Of a stretch of DNA of 64,000 bases, positions 26,058 through 41,440 are shown one piece after another. Source of the stretch: Octopus vulgaris. Its lineage: Eukaryota. The translations under genes and the position numbers were made by a program. The DNA lies in contig OX597818.1 in assembly GCA_951406725.2 (NCBI GenBank), forward strand, positions 372,001 through 436,000, read 5' to 3'. Within the stretch, counting starts at the first letter, position 1. Each line of letters starts with the position of its first letter. Under the pieces are notes generated by a model. It was given only the letters and a program-made list of their open reading frames with translations, ran no database searches and was not told the origin of the DNA.

Positions 26058-29000
26058 ACACATACACACACGTATGAAATCTGTCAAGTGGATGACATAC
26101 ATAGACTTACAGAGACAATAAGTAGTAGCTAGACAATATGTAATGGCTTTTGTAGTTAAAAAAACAGTAATTGTGTAAAAATGCTAATTGTTGTTAATGA
26201 GTTTACAAAAAGACTTATAAAAAAAAGAGAAAACTAAAGATTTTTATCTTGGACAGTTTGAAAAAATATTTCTTTTGTTTAAATAAACAAATTATGTGTG
26301 TTATATATGTATCCATACATGTGTGTGTGTGTGTTCATGATATGTTATATAGCACTGAACTTAAAAGCGTCTGTTGCTACTGTTGTGAATAAACAATAAT
26401 AATAATCTTTCTAGTATAGATACAAGGCCAAAAATCTTGAGGGATTATGTTTAGTTGATACTATTCATCCCAGGTATATGAATGGTACTTTATTTTATCA
26501 ACTCCAAAATGATGAAAGGCAAAGCTGACATTGGCACGATTTGAACTTAAAACATAAAGAGCTGCAACAAATACAGCAAAATATTTTTTCAAATAATATA
26601 ACCATTCTGCCAAATAATAATGATTTCAAATTCTGGAACAAGGCCAGGAATGGTTAAGCTAATTACATAGACCCCAGTATTCAACTGGTACTTATTTTAT
26701 TCATCTTGACAGGATGAAAAGTAAAGTTGACCTTGACAAAATTTGAACCCAGAATGTAAAAAGTCAGAAGGAAAGCCACTAAGGCTTTTCACATTCTGGG
26801 TTCAATAATGATACAGATACGAAAATGTGTTTTTCATACACTGGCAATTATGCTAGCACTATAAAAAAGAAATACTAACAGACAAGAGAGGATAGAGACA
26901 TACACCAGAAAAAGTCTCAGAAAATGGTAAAGTAATCATATTCTGGAATGTATCAATATACACAGACAGGGGATAGAAAATTAATAACTTTTAACATTGA
27001 TTTGGTCTGAAGTGGTTGTATCTTGGATATTGTCAGATTTTTCAAACTAACCCAGCACCACAAGTTTGTGATTCCCTTCTTTCTTAGTTATACACTACCT
27101 CCCACTGCTTAAAGAGATGAACTGCATTTCCTATGGTACATATTTTACAATGTTTTATACTGATCCAGTGAGGGCCATCATTGCAGAATACAGAGAAGGG
27201 TATCAGATAAAATTCAAAACTATCAACCTGAAGCAGTCTCCCAACAAACTAGAAGACAAAACAGCTATAAATCCCAATATTTGGCTTTCCCAACTAGGCA
27301 CAATATCTATAATTTACTGTATCTCCTGGTTTTAAGAATAAGTACATCATATCACATAGGTATAGCATGTCATAAGAGGTGACTAAAAAGGTTGGAGAGA
27401 GAAAGGGCAACTAGCCTTAAAAAGCCTCACCTAGCCTATATCAGTTTGAAGAAGCAAATGTAAAACTATAGAATGACGACATGAAATGATGAGAAAAGTT
27501 GAACTCAATACTCTCAGATTTTAGATATTCCCCTCACTGCCAATATATTGGTTGATCCACTTGTCCCACTCCTCACCACTGCAAAGGCAGGAGGGCTCAA
27601 TAATTGGTAAAGATCAATCGTGAAAATTAGAGTACAATACTCTGATTATTAGAACTACATTAAAACAAAATACAATAAGAGCTTGTTAGTTAAAAGATTA
27701 AGAGTATCTTACCTTCTCAGATTCTGGTAGTCCAGTTAAGGTATAAGATATTGTGAGAGGGAGAGACATGTTTTTATGTCTATCCTTCTGGTCTGTATGT
27801 TCCCCCCACCAAGTTTTGTGTGTTAATATTTATATTTATTGTCACGTTGCTGCTGTTGTGTTAGCACATTTAGAATTTATATACCCAAATTAATGAAGCA
27901 ATGACAAAATATAGGAAGACAGTTTTCCTGGAAATTTTTATTTGATAATTAGTTAATTACGCGAAAGTTGATATTATTGTAACAGCTAAATTATAGTAAG
28001 AGAAATACTAATTAGGCAGAAATGTAAATTAACAAATTAACAAAAAGTCCAGCAGTTCAAGTCGGTAAGTTAAAGCGGAAAATATTAACAAATATAAACT
28101 ATTGAGAACATGTAAGTTGTAGAAGGTGAGGCAAGTATATTGGGCAGTGAGCAGCTACTTCTAAAGACACTTCTTACAAAGGTAAGTATGTCAACCTGAG
28201 AGAGAGGAGGGAGGGGAAGGAATAGCAGAGTAGGTAATGTTACTTCTTCAGATCAGCTGTTTACTTTAAGAGAGAAAGGTACAACACAGAGAAATGGAAA
28301 TAAAAGGGAAGGAAAGTAATTCCTTGATGTGAAAGAGGAGGGGGTGAAATGCTGTAGATAAACTATAGAGAGTGTGGAAGGAAGGAGACAGTCTAGATAA
28401 GGTAGATAAAGTTAAGTAGAGAGTATGAGAAGACACTCCAGTTAAACTAGAGTGGGAGACATCTGCTTGAAACAGAGAGTGTAAGCATAGGAGGGAGGGA
28501 GTTATTCCAGTTAAATTATTAAATGTGAGTGAAGGAGGGAGGCACTCCAATTCAACAACAGATGAAGCAGCGATTTTGAAGATTAAGAAACTATAATAAA
28601 GATGAGTTGGGATGAAATTGAAATTCCAAGAAAGATTAAAACCAAGGAAAAATAAGTAGAGGTGACACAGTTACCATCAGAACCATCAACACCACCACCA
28701 CTGACACTGCAACCACCATCATCATCATCATCAGTATCACCACCATCACCATCAATACTACAACATCATCAGTGTCACTGTCGTCTTGTATACAGGATGG
28801 TCATGGATGGAATACTTTTGATTAAAGAGTTGACATAGGGTTCAACTACAACATAGTAGAATTGAAAAGTAGAAATAATTGCAGTATAGAATGTCCCTTA
28901 TAAGGAGACAATGCCAGGTTAAGTCTGTTCTAGAGGCAGTTCTAAATTGTCTCCTTATAAGGTGACAATCTCTGGTTAAAAGGTAAATATTTTAGCAAGA

Positions 29001-32000
29001 AATGTCAAGTTATACTGAAGTTTAGTCATGAGAAAAAGAGTTAAAGAAATTAACTAATTAACTAAATAAAACTAATGAGATTTGTTTAATCATATTTTTT
29101 GTAATATAAAACCCTATCTTGAAACAGATATCATTACACCTTAGGAAGGTCACTGTGTCAATACAAACACCGTTTGTAGTTTACATCTTTATTGTTTATT
29201 AACCAATAAACTTTGAAAATCTTTTACTATACATCTGAGTCCTTTTCAACACTTTCTCTACAGTAGTATCTATATGTATTTGAGTTTAAGAGTGTGTTAT
29301 CAGGTCCCTATTATGCATGGAATTGGAGTGGTGTTGCCATGTGTTTGTGCCTCTCGTACTCTGCATGTGTCTCTATAACCATATTCAGCTTTTGGTACTG
29401 CCATTTATATGTGTGTGTGTGCGCACACATGCATGTACTATAACCATATCATATCTAGTACTATCCTGTGTATCAGTAAGTGTGCATGTGTGTGTGTGTA
29501 TATATGTGTAGCTATATCATTTCTTTAGTATTTCCCAATATGAATCCATCAGCAACACAAGAAAACTTCCAAGTTCCATCCAAGTTTACAGTAGCAACAG
29601 AGTTTACAGTATATCTGATCACTGTTCGCTTTACTTGCAACAATGATAAATTGAAGTTTCTCCAAATGTTTATAAAAACAATGAGGCATCACACAAGCCT
29701 TAGAATCATGAGTTTGAGTAGTCTTTAATCATGCACAAGTATCTGTTACCAGATCACAAGAGAATCCAAAATATCACATACTATCACATTTTAACAAAAA
29801 TGGGCTCAGATACTCTAAGTATTAACAATGCTAACCACTGACTGAATAATAGTAAACTAGTCATCACAAAGTTATAATAAAGTGTTGACTTATTTTGTTA
29901 TTAATAATTATTCAAGGTAGGACAGTTATTCGACTCTAAAAAGAACAAAAGAAGTAAATTCAATTAGGTAAGATGATGCTAATCCATAATAGAGTGTGGC
30001 CACTACTTGGGATTCTCATGACTGGAAATTTCAAGGAATTTGAGTATTTCATTGTATATTATTACAAAAAATTATTCAAAATGGGTAAAAGAATATTGCT
30101 ATAATGTTAGTACCTTTGAAGCTAAGCAATATCAACATTATATATTGATGGAGTTTAGTAACTGAAAAATTTTTCAGTTGTTTTGTAGTCAATTCTGACA
30201 TCTTGATATTTGTGTCATTAGTAAATTCTGTTCTAATTAAAACTGAACAGCTCGTTTTGTATATATTTTCATAGATTTAGTAATATCAAATAGAAATGAT
30301 GCACTACAGAGACAAGAGTCCTTGCAATATCAAATCACTTGAAAAGATTCCTATAAATGGCTACCAGCACAAAAAAGAATCACACTTCTTACAGATCAAT
30401 AAACAATAGGTTTCTTATTTAACCTTTTGGAGCCTCATTTGGAGTTTCAGTGCCAAAAAGATGGAACCCTTTTCAGAAGCCCTACAGAGGGCATGCACTT
30501 ATTTTTCAAAAAGTAATTATAAAAAATTAAGTAATTACTTTACCCTATTCTTGTAGGAAATTGAATGAACTAATACAATCTTATTTGTCATTCGACATTT
30601 CAGCTGGTTGGCCCTATCGTCTCCTAATCAACAAAAATCTGCTACTAAACATATTTATTAGAAACTATAGCTCTCTACAGTCAAAGAAGAGAGAATTTTA
30701 CTGTAGATGCCTTGAATAGAATGTTTGCAATTGCTAAAGAGAATTGATGTTAATAATTAGATATAACAAACAAAATAAATGAAGAAATGAAACGACCTAG
30801 TTAGGGAGATAAAATTGCTTATATGAAACAATTGTCATAATACCTTACAGATAAAAATCACTTGATAAATGTGCAACACTGAAGCCAGTTTCGTCACAAT
30901 TCCAAAAGGCCAACTTATTTGAACAACAAAACCTTGGCAGCGACCAACATTTGATCTTGTAGAACTAAATCCAATTGCTGTTAAATTTTGACAGTAGTCA
31001 ATAATTTAGGCATTACTCTTTAGTATCTGCTCAAGGAAAAGTAACTCTCCAGGGATACTATTCAGTGCTCCAAACATTGTTTACAGTGACTGTAGCACTA
31101 AATTCAAAAGTACAGATTATTTAAGCAGATAGGATATCCATAAGATTAGAATTACTCCTTACCATTCCTCATCAAACAGACAAAATCAACATTACAATGG
31201 AGTGGAATGAAGAATTATTCAGTTACTTTAATGAATATTAAATCCCTATATTTGACAGCTTTAAACATGCAATTACTTTACAGCTTAATGTTTCATTTTC
31301 AACATCATTCAACATTAATAAAGTCCAAATTGTATTATCCTTAATTCTCTGATGATGACAAAATCACGTCCTAAATAGGCTTTCTCTGGGAAAATCAATA
31401 TTTCTTGGGTGTGAGGTAGAGGAAGGAACAAAATCAGGTTCAATATCAAAGAATGACATTGTAAAGATTCCAGTGATTGAAGTATTTTTGTACTACACAT
31501 CTTAACTGAACTTGGAATAGGAAAGTATGGTACAGTCTCAACAAGTCATTTATCTCAAATTCTTCGATCTAAGGAACCATTACCATCATCATCATCTTAA
31601 TGTATCACTATAGAGCTTCCTTGAAGAGAGACATGCACAGTTTGACTATGCAAAAGCCCACTTTTGCTTGATCATTTTCATGTCAAAATATATATCATTT
31701 GAAAGTTCTGAATGTGAACTTTCTTCTTATATAGTTTTGATCAAAATCTGACACTTACACATCATGCCAGGTTCCCTCAATCATACATGTATATGGATAC
31801 ATTTTATTGTTAATTTTCACTTAGAAAACAACGTATTTTCTACAAGATTTTTGTACCATAGGAAAAAAATTTCTCAAAAATGCAATAAGGCCATTTCCAA
31901 ATCTGGCAATGAGATATCGAAAAAGCATAAAGTCAATAAAATGGGTACAACCTGGCTGTTTGTATAAGATTAACATATAAAATTAATAATAATTTTTCAA

Positions 32001-33499
32001 AAAGTTTTTTCATAAAATGCTTCCCCACTTCATTTCCAAGGCCATGGTGAAAAAAAAATTACAAGAATCTCCATTGAAACAGAAATTTTAACTTATGTTG
32101 GCATCCTGATCCAACACACCATTAAAATTTAATGGTAGTCCATTAAAATTTAATTGAAATGGTATCAAGGCCAAAATCTCAGGATTTATTTGGTTCTATA
32201 TCTACTACAAATGAGTCAAAACTCAAGTCCCTGTGACTTGTACTTTTGGATTTAGTTAAGACTGGAAACATTGCAAAATTGACTTTGTTATATGCAACAT
32301 AAATATTTATTAAAACATTGCCAAAAATAAGTTTCATTTTGAAAAAGAAATAGGCAACTGCTATCCCATGGGCACTTAATTTGTGTAATTTGAAGATGAT
32401 CATCACCAGTTTCATAGATGACATCACAACTATGGCTAATTATTCATTTTGGCCAATTAGGCAAGATTTCAACCAATTAGCTGGCCATTCAAATTGTCAT
32501 ATTTCCTAAAATATTCATCTAAATTTCACAAATGAGGTATCAAAATGTTTCTTTTTGAATGCCCTCCGAGAAAAAGTATGGTAGAAGTCAGATTTAAATA
32601 TTTTCAAAAATTCATAGTGAGGGCCTATTTTCCCTACATATGCATGGGCTAGAAGTAATTTGTTGAAGTGGATTTTCTATGGTTGTGTGCCCTTTCTGTC
32701 ACTAACCCTCACCCGTTTCCAAGCAAGGTAATTGAGACATGTTTCCCACAGAAAACTGGAAACAAACCACATTACTTGTATGATAGTGACACTTGTCAAG
32801 GTAACCTTACATGAGATCAAGACAAGGACACACACATTCACTCTTATACAATGAGCTTTTTTCAGTTCCTGTCTGCTAAATCCACCCACAAAACTTTGGT
32901 GCATCTAGGGCAATATTAGAACTCACTTGTCTAAGATTCCATGCAGTGGGACTGAACTCAAAATCACATGGTTGGGAAACAAGCTCTTAAACCATATAGC
33001 CATGCCTATAGTTACACAGCCACATACATATATATGGATAAATAAGCATGCACACACATACACAGACATATTAGGGTATAGATATGTCTGTTAATAAGTT
33101 CCTTTCAGAACACAGTTAAGGATTCAGTCCCACTGTGTAGACACCATTGGCTAGTATTCTCCAATCCCTTGTTAGGGAAATTTGGGAGATGGAAACTGGA
33201 AGAAGCCCATCATATAAGTGTGTGTGTGTGTGTGTGTACACATATATGTATGTATATGTATGAGCACACATTCCTCTTGTCTGGATAAGAGTCTGCTGAT
33301 TGTAATCAAGGGCCCAACATTCATACAAATGGTATCATTTGTTTGCAATGTCTAAGATGTTCATTATTCAACAGAAACAGGGAATTTTTCCCTTGCTTGA
33401 AAAAAGATGAGGGTTGGTGTGAGGAAGAGCAACCAGCCATAGAAGATTCTGCCTCCATGCAGTCTTTTCTAATCCATGCAAGCATAAAAATGTAGAGGT

Positions 33500-33500
<1 letters not shown>

Positions 33501-33578
<78 letters not shown>
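33501..33578. repeat. (TA)n(TG)n compound microsatellite
   Basis: Seen directly. Confidence 0.95.
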
Positions 33579-33581
<3 letters not shown>

Positions 33582-34931
33582 AAATATATATATTTAATGC
33601 ACAATATATGGATTTATATAATTGGTGGTAATCACAAAAAATCTCCTTTAGTGAACTGGGCAATAAACCACATAGTAAACCAATATGTAGGAGTGTGATG
33701 TAGAGTCCTGTGCTGTTGGATGTACAATAGTACTATGCAATTCATAACATACACACTAGTGTAGGCATGTAAAATATATACTAAAATAATTTTTGCATGA
33801 TGTTGGCTGTGAAATGGCTGTCATCCTATGGATATCAACTGGTGAAATAAATATATTCATCTCATACCTCTTGATTTGTTTCATATTCTGTATATTTATA
33901 TTATTATCATCATCCTTTAATGTTCACTTTCCATGCTGGCATGGGTTGGACAGTTTGACAGGAACTGGCTAGGCAGATGACTGCACCATGCTTCTCTGTT
34001 AGTTTTGGCATGGTTTTTATGGCTGGACACCCTTCCTGACACCAACCACTCTGCAGAGTGGACTGAATGCTTTTTATGTGGCACCAGCACAGGTGAGGTA
34101 AGTTTTGGCATGGATTTTTTTTACAGTTGGATGATGCCCTTCCAAATGTCAACCACTTTACAATGTGGGCTGGATGCTTTTTATGTGGCACCAACACTGG
34201 CAGGGTCACTAAGTAACTTGAAAGACAAAGATCCTTTGAGAGGGGATGGGGTATTGGAAGAGGTGATCATGTGCTAGAGAGACAGAAACAGGTGCCATGC
34301 TGTAGAGGAGATACATGGTTACCTGGTGTGTGTTTGTGTGAGAAAGAGAGCGGGGACAGTAAGAAAAAGAAGGAAAGTGGAAAAGAGTAAGAGTTCAAGA
34401 AAGCAGGAGAGAGATGGTGGTGAGTGCCAGGGCACGTTCACAAAGAACTGGGATCAAAATATAAATGGGAAAGATAAGTGGTGGCAAAGTGGAAGGGCAT
34501 ACCCAAAAGATATGGGGTCAGAATATAAATGGTAGGGTATTGCCAAGGTACATGAATAGGAAGTAGAGACTTCACATGAATGCAAAGAGTGTGGGAGTGA
34601 GGTATGCAGTGACTGGTAAAATCTGGGCATATAGAGGTGGTGGGGGACAACAAGATAGCAATGATACAGTGAGCAGGACAGTGAGGATAGGATTGGGGAG
34701 CAAGAGGTAACCATCAGCATAGTGCATAAAAAGAAGAAATGTGAGGAAGAAGAGAGATGTAATTTGGTTTGCTGGGGTAGGGTGCAAAAAACATTTTATT
34801 GTTGATACATCTGGGGTAGAACCCACAGACATACATCATTGGGAATACATATATATATATCTATATGATTCAGCCAAACTTTTATGGAACACACAATGAT
34901 TTGTTATTTATAAATATAGCATCCTACTTAC

Positions 34932-36610
34932 CTCTATGTTAACTAAACTGTTCTCACTTGATGTTTCTACACCGCTGGAAGATGGTGGTCTGTCGACTGA
35001 TTTGGTGGGACTTAGACTATGCTCACTGTCACTGTTAACTGGAGTTCGACCTCCACTACTCACAGATTTACTATCTGTCACAGAACGACATGGGGACTGT
35101 TCTTTGATAGTACCTGTCGATGATGTTGAAGAACTAGATTCATCATTGTGCCAAGAATATCCATTTGTACTCATTGACATCTCCTTTCCAGATAATTCTT
35201 CAGAATGTTGTACCATATGCGACTCACAGTGCTTTACCTGATCAGTTTGTTTGTCAAAGGAAGTTACCTGACAATTGTTGATACTTGATGTTAGTAGGCC
35301 AATTGCTACTTCATGAACAGCTTCCCCATCTGTGGTGTCTTTCTCTTCAACAGATTTGGAAGCTGAGGCATTGGAATCAATGACAGGGCGCCGTTTTATA
35401 GTACCAGTATCCTCTGAGCTGGCATAAAGCTCTTCTTCGGAATTGGATGAACTTGATCCAGCTCTTCTGTTTTGTAATCCAAATATGCCATCTTTTGGTG
35501 TATTTCCAGGTGATGAGAGGCGCGTTAATGATCCATTAGTTTTTATTTTATTCATGGAACTTCGGAAGTCAGTTTTATCTTTTTTGTCATTAGCAGTTAA
35601 TAAATCCAAATTTATTTCTAAAAGTGAAGGTGGCTTGATATTTCTTGTGGTTGGCTGTGAGGTGCTGTGAGTAGAAAATAATGGATTGCTCTTTGAAAAC
35701 TGTGGAGTTGTATTATTGTTTGAAGAAAACTTGTTTACTTGGAATGGAAATGGATTTTGGTTGATATCTCCAGAGTTTTGTTTCTCCCGTTCAAGTTCCT
35801 GTTCATATTCAGCACACATGCTTAGAATTTCCTCCAACCGTTGCCTCTCAAGAACCTCTTGTGCTTGTTCCCTTTTGCGCTGTTCCACAATTTCTCTATG
35901 ACGAATGGTCAAATCCTGTTGACTAGACGTCAGTTCATTGAAATCAAAATCCATTCCTTCGAATGTGTTACGTTTTGCTTCTTCTGCTGTCGTGTTTCCA
36001 TTCATCATTGAAGAATTGTTTGGTACAGGCTGAGTCCCATTTCTCAGAACTGATGAGGCACTGACGGTGATGCTATTATTGTCTGTAGGTTTACTATATG
36101 ATGGGCTAATAGAGGAGATGGAAGGAGATGGTGTTGAAACTGAATTTGAAGATGGGTCCCGAGTGGAGGATGAGGTATCAGAAGAAATGCTGCTAACACT
36201 TGTCAGAGATGATGAACTATTTGAACTACAAGTGCTAGACACTCGGTCAGTTGTGTTGTGAACAAGACTAGCTGCTACTCTTGTTGTTTGTGTATCACGG
36301 AGAAATAATTTCTCTCCTATATGGAGCTGATTACCAACACGAATTTCAGGAGTTCTAGGAGAATCAGCTTTAGCGTTGCTATTTGAAGATTTCGGCTTTC
36401 CTTTGGAAATTAGTTCAAATTTAGAGACTTTGTTTAAGAAATCCTCCTGTTCTAAACTGTCACGATAGCTGTCTTTGTTGACAATCTTTGGGAGCTGAGG
36501 ACGACTGCGTGCAGTTGGACGGTTTTCTGTGCTACATTTAGTTGTTGGAGAGGGTAATTTCACCTGAGCTTCAGTAATCATTTTCATATACTCGGGGCTT
36601 TGTTCGAGTT
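34932..36610 (-). CDS. Large internal coding exon of a PHLDB (LL5, pleckstrin homology-like domain family B) homolog; Ser-rich disordered region plus first conserved coiled-coil
   Basis: Covers nearly all of the 559-aa ORF. Acceptor ttttcatttttattttttcag|AACTCG (AG at 36612-36611, phase 1) and donor GAG|GTAAGT (GT at 34931-34930, phase 0). Encodes ERQRLEEILSMCAEYE, closely matching the ERQRLETILNLCAEY motif I recall from vertebrate PHLDB1/2. Confidence 0.88.
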
Positions 36611-37231
36611 CTGAAAAAATAAAAATGAAAAAGAGGTTTTCATTAATTAAACTGTTTAAGTTTAGTTTCGATAAAAATAGACATTCATAATTATCAGATA
36701 ATAAAAAGAAAGGGTTAAAAGAAATTTAGGAATATGAGTTTGTTTGTAATGAAAAACTGAAACAAAAACATGTGAATTCCTTTGAGAGAAAGTTTATTTC
36801 AAAATGGACAAAGGGGACTGTCCTTAAGTCTTGTTGCTGACCTAACAACATCTCTGACCTGACAACAAATGAATGAACAGGAATCAGTGAAAGGCAGAGA
36901 ATACCCTTTAGTCTTTTTAACTTGACTGTCTCTCTAGGGTAGAAGGGTTATTCAGTCATAGAAGCTATGCAAAATATGGAACATTCAGGACAAACATAAG
37001 TCTCTAAACCAAAGTAGCATACTAGCATAATCTAACCTATAGCTGTATGGTAAAGTAGGTACAAAATTATGGTGGTAATGATGATGTTAGTGGTGAAGAT
37101 AATGGGTAGGTGAAAGAGGAAGCCATTGATGATAATAAGATAAGGCAATTTGGAAACTATCAGAAAATAAAATTGAAAGACAAATACAAGAATGGTCAGG
37201 TAAATAATAATGCCAATTCTCATTGCTATAT

Positions 37232-37440
37232 GTAGATAGACAGAGAGCTAGAGAGACAGATAGACAAACGGAAAGGTAGACAGATAAATAAGTAGGTAGA
37301 TAGACAAATGGATAGATAGGCAGACAGGTAGTTAAATACAGAGATAGACAGGCAGACAGGTAGACAAGCAGACTGATAGATTGATAGATATACAAATAGA
37401 CAAACAGATAGATAGACAGGAAGATAGTTACATAGATAGC
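37232..37440. repeat. Degenerate (AGAT/AGAC)n tetranucleotide tract
   Basis: Seen directly. Confidence 0.8.
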
Positions 37441-38850
37441 AAAATAAATACTTAGTTCATTAAATAGAAAGGTAGTTATTTATACAATTACATAAATAGA
37501 CAGAGAGGTAAATAGAAAGGTAGATAAATATATTGTTTGACAGACAGACAAGTATGTAGATAGTAAGTATGTAAGTAGCAATATATTATTATAGAAATGT
37601 TCTCCAAAATAAGATCAAGGAATGTTTTGAAAAACTTCTATAAAACCAAGTTTTAGTTTATTTCTTTGTTACTGGAATGTTTAAGGATGGAAACTAAAGA
37701 CTAAAGAATATGAACATGAATTAACCACAACAACAATAAATGATAATTAAATAGAATAGGAAGAGATTAGGTGAAGAGAAAAAAGGGTGTGGTAAAGAAA
37801 AGATTCTGACAAGGTAAAAATACAAGAGAAATAGTCTGGAAGCAGTCATAGTGAAAAGATTTTGTAAAGTAGGAGTTGGCAGAAGCAAGGGAGGTGAATA
37901 ATAAGACCAAAAATATAACACATTTGAAACAAATTACAAAATGAAAGAAGGGAAGGAGGTAAAAATAACATTAATAACAAGAATAATATCTATAACAATA
38001 CTGTTAATAACAACAACAACAGCAACAGCAGATAACCATGGAAATAATGAAGAACAGATGAGAGTGGAAACATCCTGTAGAAAATAAAATGAGGGTTCTT
38101 CTCAGCTAGTGTGGTTTACAGTAATTAGTAATAGGTGACCAAGTGACTGGTAGATGGCAGCAGTTTATATTCAGGAAATAAAGAAAACAAACTTCAGAAA
38201 TAATATTACAACATGATGTGGTGGAGGGAGAGAACCTAGTGATTGTGAAAATGATCAGAGATGGTGTTGCTGCACACACGCACACGCACACACACACAGT
38301 ATGAAGAGGTTGTGGTGAAAAGCTGAGTAAATGCTAAAGCAAAATGTAATTTAATTACTTTCAGAATAAATAAAACTAATAAGCAAATATGGTTAGAAAG
38401 AACCCAGTGGGTTCAATTATAAGAAGATAGCTTGGTAGGATTTATGGTTTTGACAGGAACTGGTAAGCCAGGGGACTGCACCAAGCTCTGTTTTGGCATG
38501 GATTTTATGGCTAGATGCCCTTCCTAGCACCAACTACTTTACAGAGAGGTACTTTTTATGTAGGTGATCAGGTGATTGGCTGGTTTCTTCAAGTTCATGT
38601 TGCTTACACACACACACACATGTATTTACACATACAAATCTTAAGTATAAGTTCATCAGAGGAACTGTATCATTATTTCAAAGTTGCAGCCTAGTTGCAC
38701 CATGTCATGTTGATTCTAGTTGAGAATTATGTTAAAGGTATACATGTCAGTGGAATATTCAGCCACTTAGCATGCTAATTCAATGAGTAGGGCTTTCCAT
38801 TCACTGAACAACTGAATGCTCATACATCAAAATTGACAGGAGAATCCATC

Positions 38851-38898
<48 letters not shown>

Positions 38899-41109
38899 CA
38901 TTTAATGTCTGTTTACCATGCAGGTATGGTTTGGATGATTTGATAGGAGCTGGTAAGGCCGGGGGTGGGGGTATACAAGGCTCCATTGTCTGTTTTGGCA
39001 CGTTTTTATACCCCACCCCCAATAATATAACCATTTCATACCATTATTTCTGTACTGCCTAAATAAGATCCACCCATCACTCTTCCACTTATATTTACCA
39101 TCAACCACTCCCACCTCATGTTTATATTCATTTCTCACTCTCTCCTCATACTTTTGCAACCTTACCCACACATGCTGATTTTCCTACCTCCATGCTTACC
39201 ACCAATTTTACCCCACTTTGCAACACCGCTCCAGTTGCCCACTTATGTAAAATGTGAGGTTGCCATGGATCTCTTCAACAACAGTAAACTTGTTTCTGCT
39301 CCTCTCTATCAAACTTTCACCCATCAACACCTCATATAAAATGACATTCCTCTCTCTTATCCTCTACCGCTAATCAATAGTGTCAGAGATGAAAAAGCAC
39401 CTAACTTATTTTGTTAAGTGATTAGCATTAGAAAAGGCATCTAACTACAGAAACCATATTGAAACTGAGAATTTGTCAGAAGATCCATTGGATCTTGTCA
39501 AAATGTCCAAACCATGCCAACATAGAAAACAGATATAAAAATGATGATATATCTACACACACACACGCACGCACACACACACACACACACACTTCACATT
39601 ACACATTTGCTCAGCTTAGCTGTTAACCAACATGTTAAGCATAGAAAATGATTAAGGAATCTATGTTTTGTGATTCTCTAAACACCAAACAACAGAAATA
39701 ACAACAGTAATACTAATAATACAAAGCAGGATGGTTAAGCTAAGGTATAAAGTAAATCCAGGTTTATTGTGAGACCCAGCTATAATCTGAGGTGGATTTC
39801 AAACTGACAGTAGTAAAGATTTATGATAATAACAGCCATCTCTATCAGAATCGCAATCTCAGTAAATTCCAAAGGCAACAAAGACAGCAAGAGGGAATGT
39901 CCAGGTATATGATGTATTGTAATGAACTATCTGTGATGCCTATCTGTAGTTAATGGCCAAAAGACATAATTAAGAGATAGCCATTCGTGATATTTACATT
40001 ATTAATGATGCCTATCAGCTCCAGTCGCCATCAGCATACTAAAACTTAATGTTTGTGAAAAGGAAATAGACAGGGACTGAGAGAGGAATGTGGTGGTAGA
40101 CAGGTAAAAAGACGAAGAGAGAAACACATATACACACACACAGATAAACAATTAGGAATGTAGATAAATAGATAAGTAGACAGAATGGAATATTTTAATA
40201 GAATCTGAAAACTCTAACCTAAGTTACAAATCTACTTGAGACTAGATTTAAAAACTAGGTAACACAATATTTTAAAAACTGTATTTATCCTATAATCAGA
40301 GGTTTGTGTTTTCTGAAGAAATAGATGTTTGATGTCAGCATAAAAATGGAGATGAAAAAGAAATAGGGGTAGTATGTCTCTAACAATTAACAAAGTCATT
40401 TTTGGATGAAGAATGAAAATGGACCATTTAGCATAAAGTATTAATTGGTAACATCAGGGAAGGAGGAGTTGGATTAACTAAAAAACAAAAGACAATCTAG
40501 AGAGCAAAAGTATAGGAGTTGGAAGACCCACTGGCCATTTCAAAGTACAAGGTGACACGGAGGAGGAAGAGGAGGAGAGGAAGCAGGGGAAGAGATAACG
40601 ACCTGCAACACAGAAGGCAAGTGGAGTTTCTACATGTCCACCTGCTGCAAAACAAACCAAATCTATGGATGGAATAAGGTTCCAGCCAGTTGGAAGATGA
40701 CATAATGATGGTATGGTACTAAAAACCTGGGACTGGCCTGAAAAGATTGAAAGACAGTGGGGAGCAAGCAACAATAACAAGTAGTGAGAGAGAAAGATGT
40801 TCAGGCAGACTTTATCAAGGAGAGAAGCTAAATGTAAGAGGTTTACCAATGTTGAAAGCTTCTTTTACCTAGATCACCTAATCAGAAGTAGAATGGGCAT
40901 TCCTGAAGGAAAGTAGTTAAATTAAGATAATAACCATCATTATCAACATTTAATGTTCATGTTCCTTGAAGGCATGGATACTTTGGATAGATCCAACAAG
41001 TCTGTGAACTGCATTATGCTTCAGTATCTGCTTTGGCATAGTTTTGAAGGCTGGAGGTCTGTCTTATTGCCAGCTCTAAGAATGAGGTGCAAAAAAATTA
41101 TTTTTCTAA

Positions 41110-41440
41110 GTGAAGAGCAGATTGTATGATACTTGTGTATGAAGTGGGATGCTGCATGATAGCAAAACATGGGAACTGAATGCAGAGGCTGGTGGGAAAT
41201 GAGACAATTGAGCCCTGTTATATGCGTAATGTTAGTGTGCATGAATGGAACATAAATGAGCTAAGTGAAAAACTGATATAAAAGGAAAATGATGTAGTGT
41301 GAAAGAGAGACTGTGTTGATATGAACAGGTGATGCATAAGAAGGGTGGCAGTTGGATTCAGAAGTACTGAGTGAAATAGATGGAACCTGTTGAAGCAGAA
41401 GACCAAGGAAGTTAAGTGGTGGGAAGTTGTAGCAAAGAAC
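41110..41440 (+). mobile_element. Old RTE LINE C-terminal relic
   Basis: Degenerate RLYDTCV.SGMLHDSKTW...NVSVHE...LSEKL...ERLC, colinear with the young RTE ORF. Confidence 0.7.

Noticed and set aside
27713-27723. Possible microexon before AAG|GTAAGA
   Set aside because: 11 nt would break the frame between phase-0 exons, and the acceptor is weak.
31600-32630. Possible non-autonomous DNA transposon with small palindrome ccattaaaatttaatgg
   Set aside because: Could not identify termini or coding remnants.
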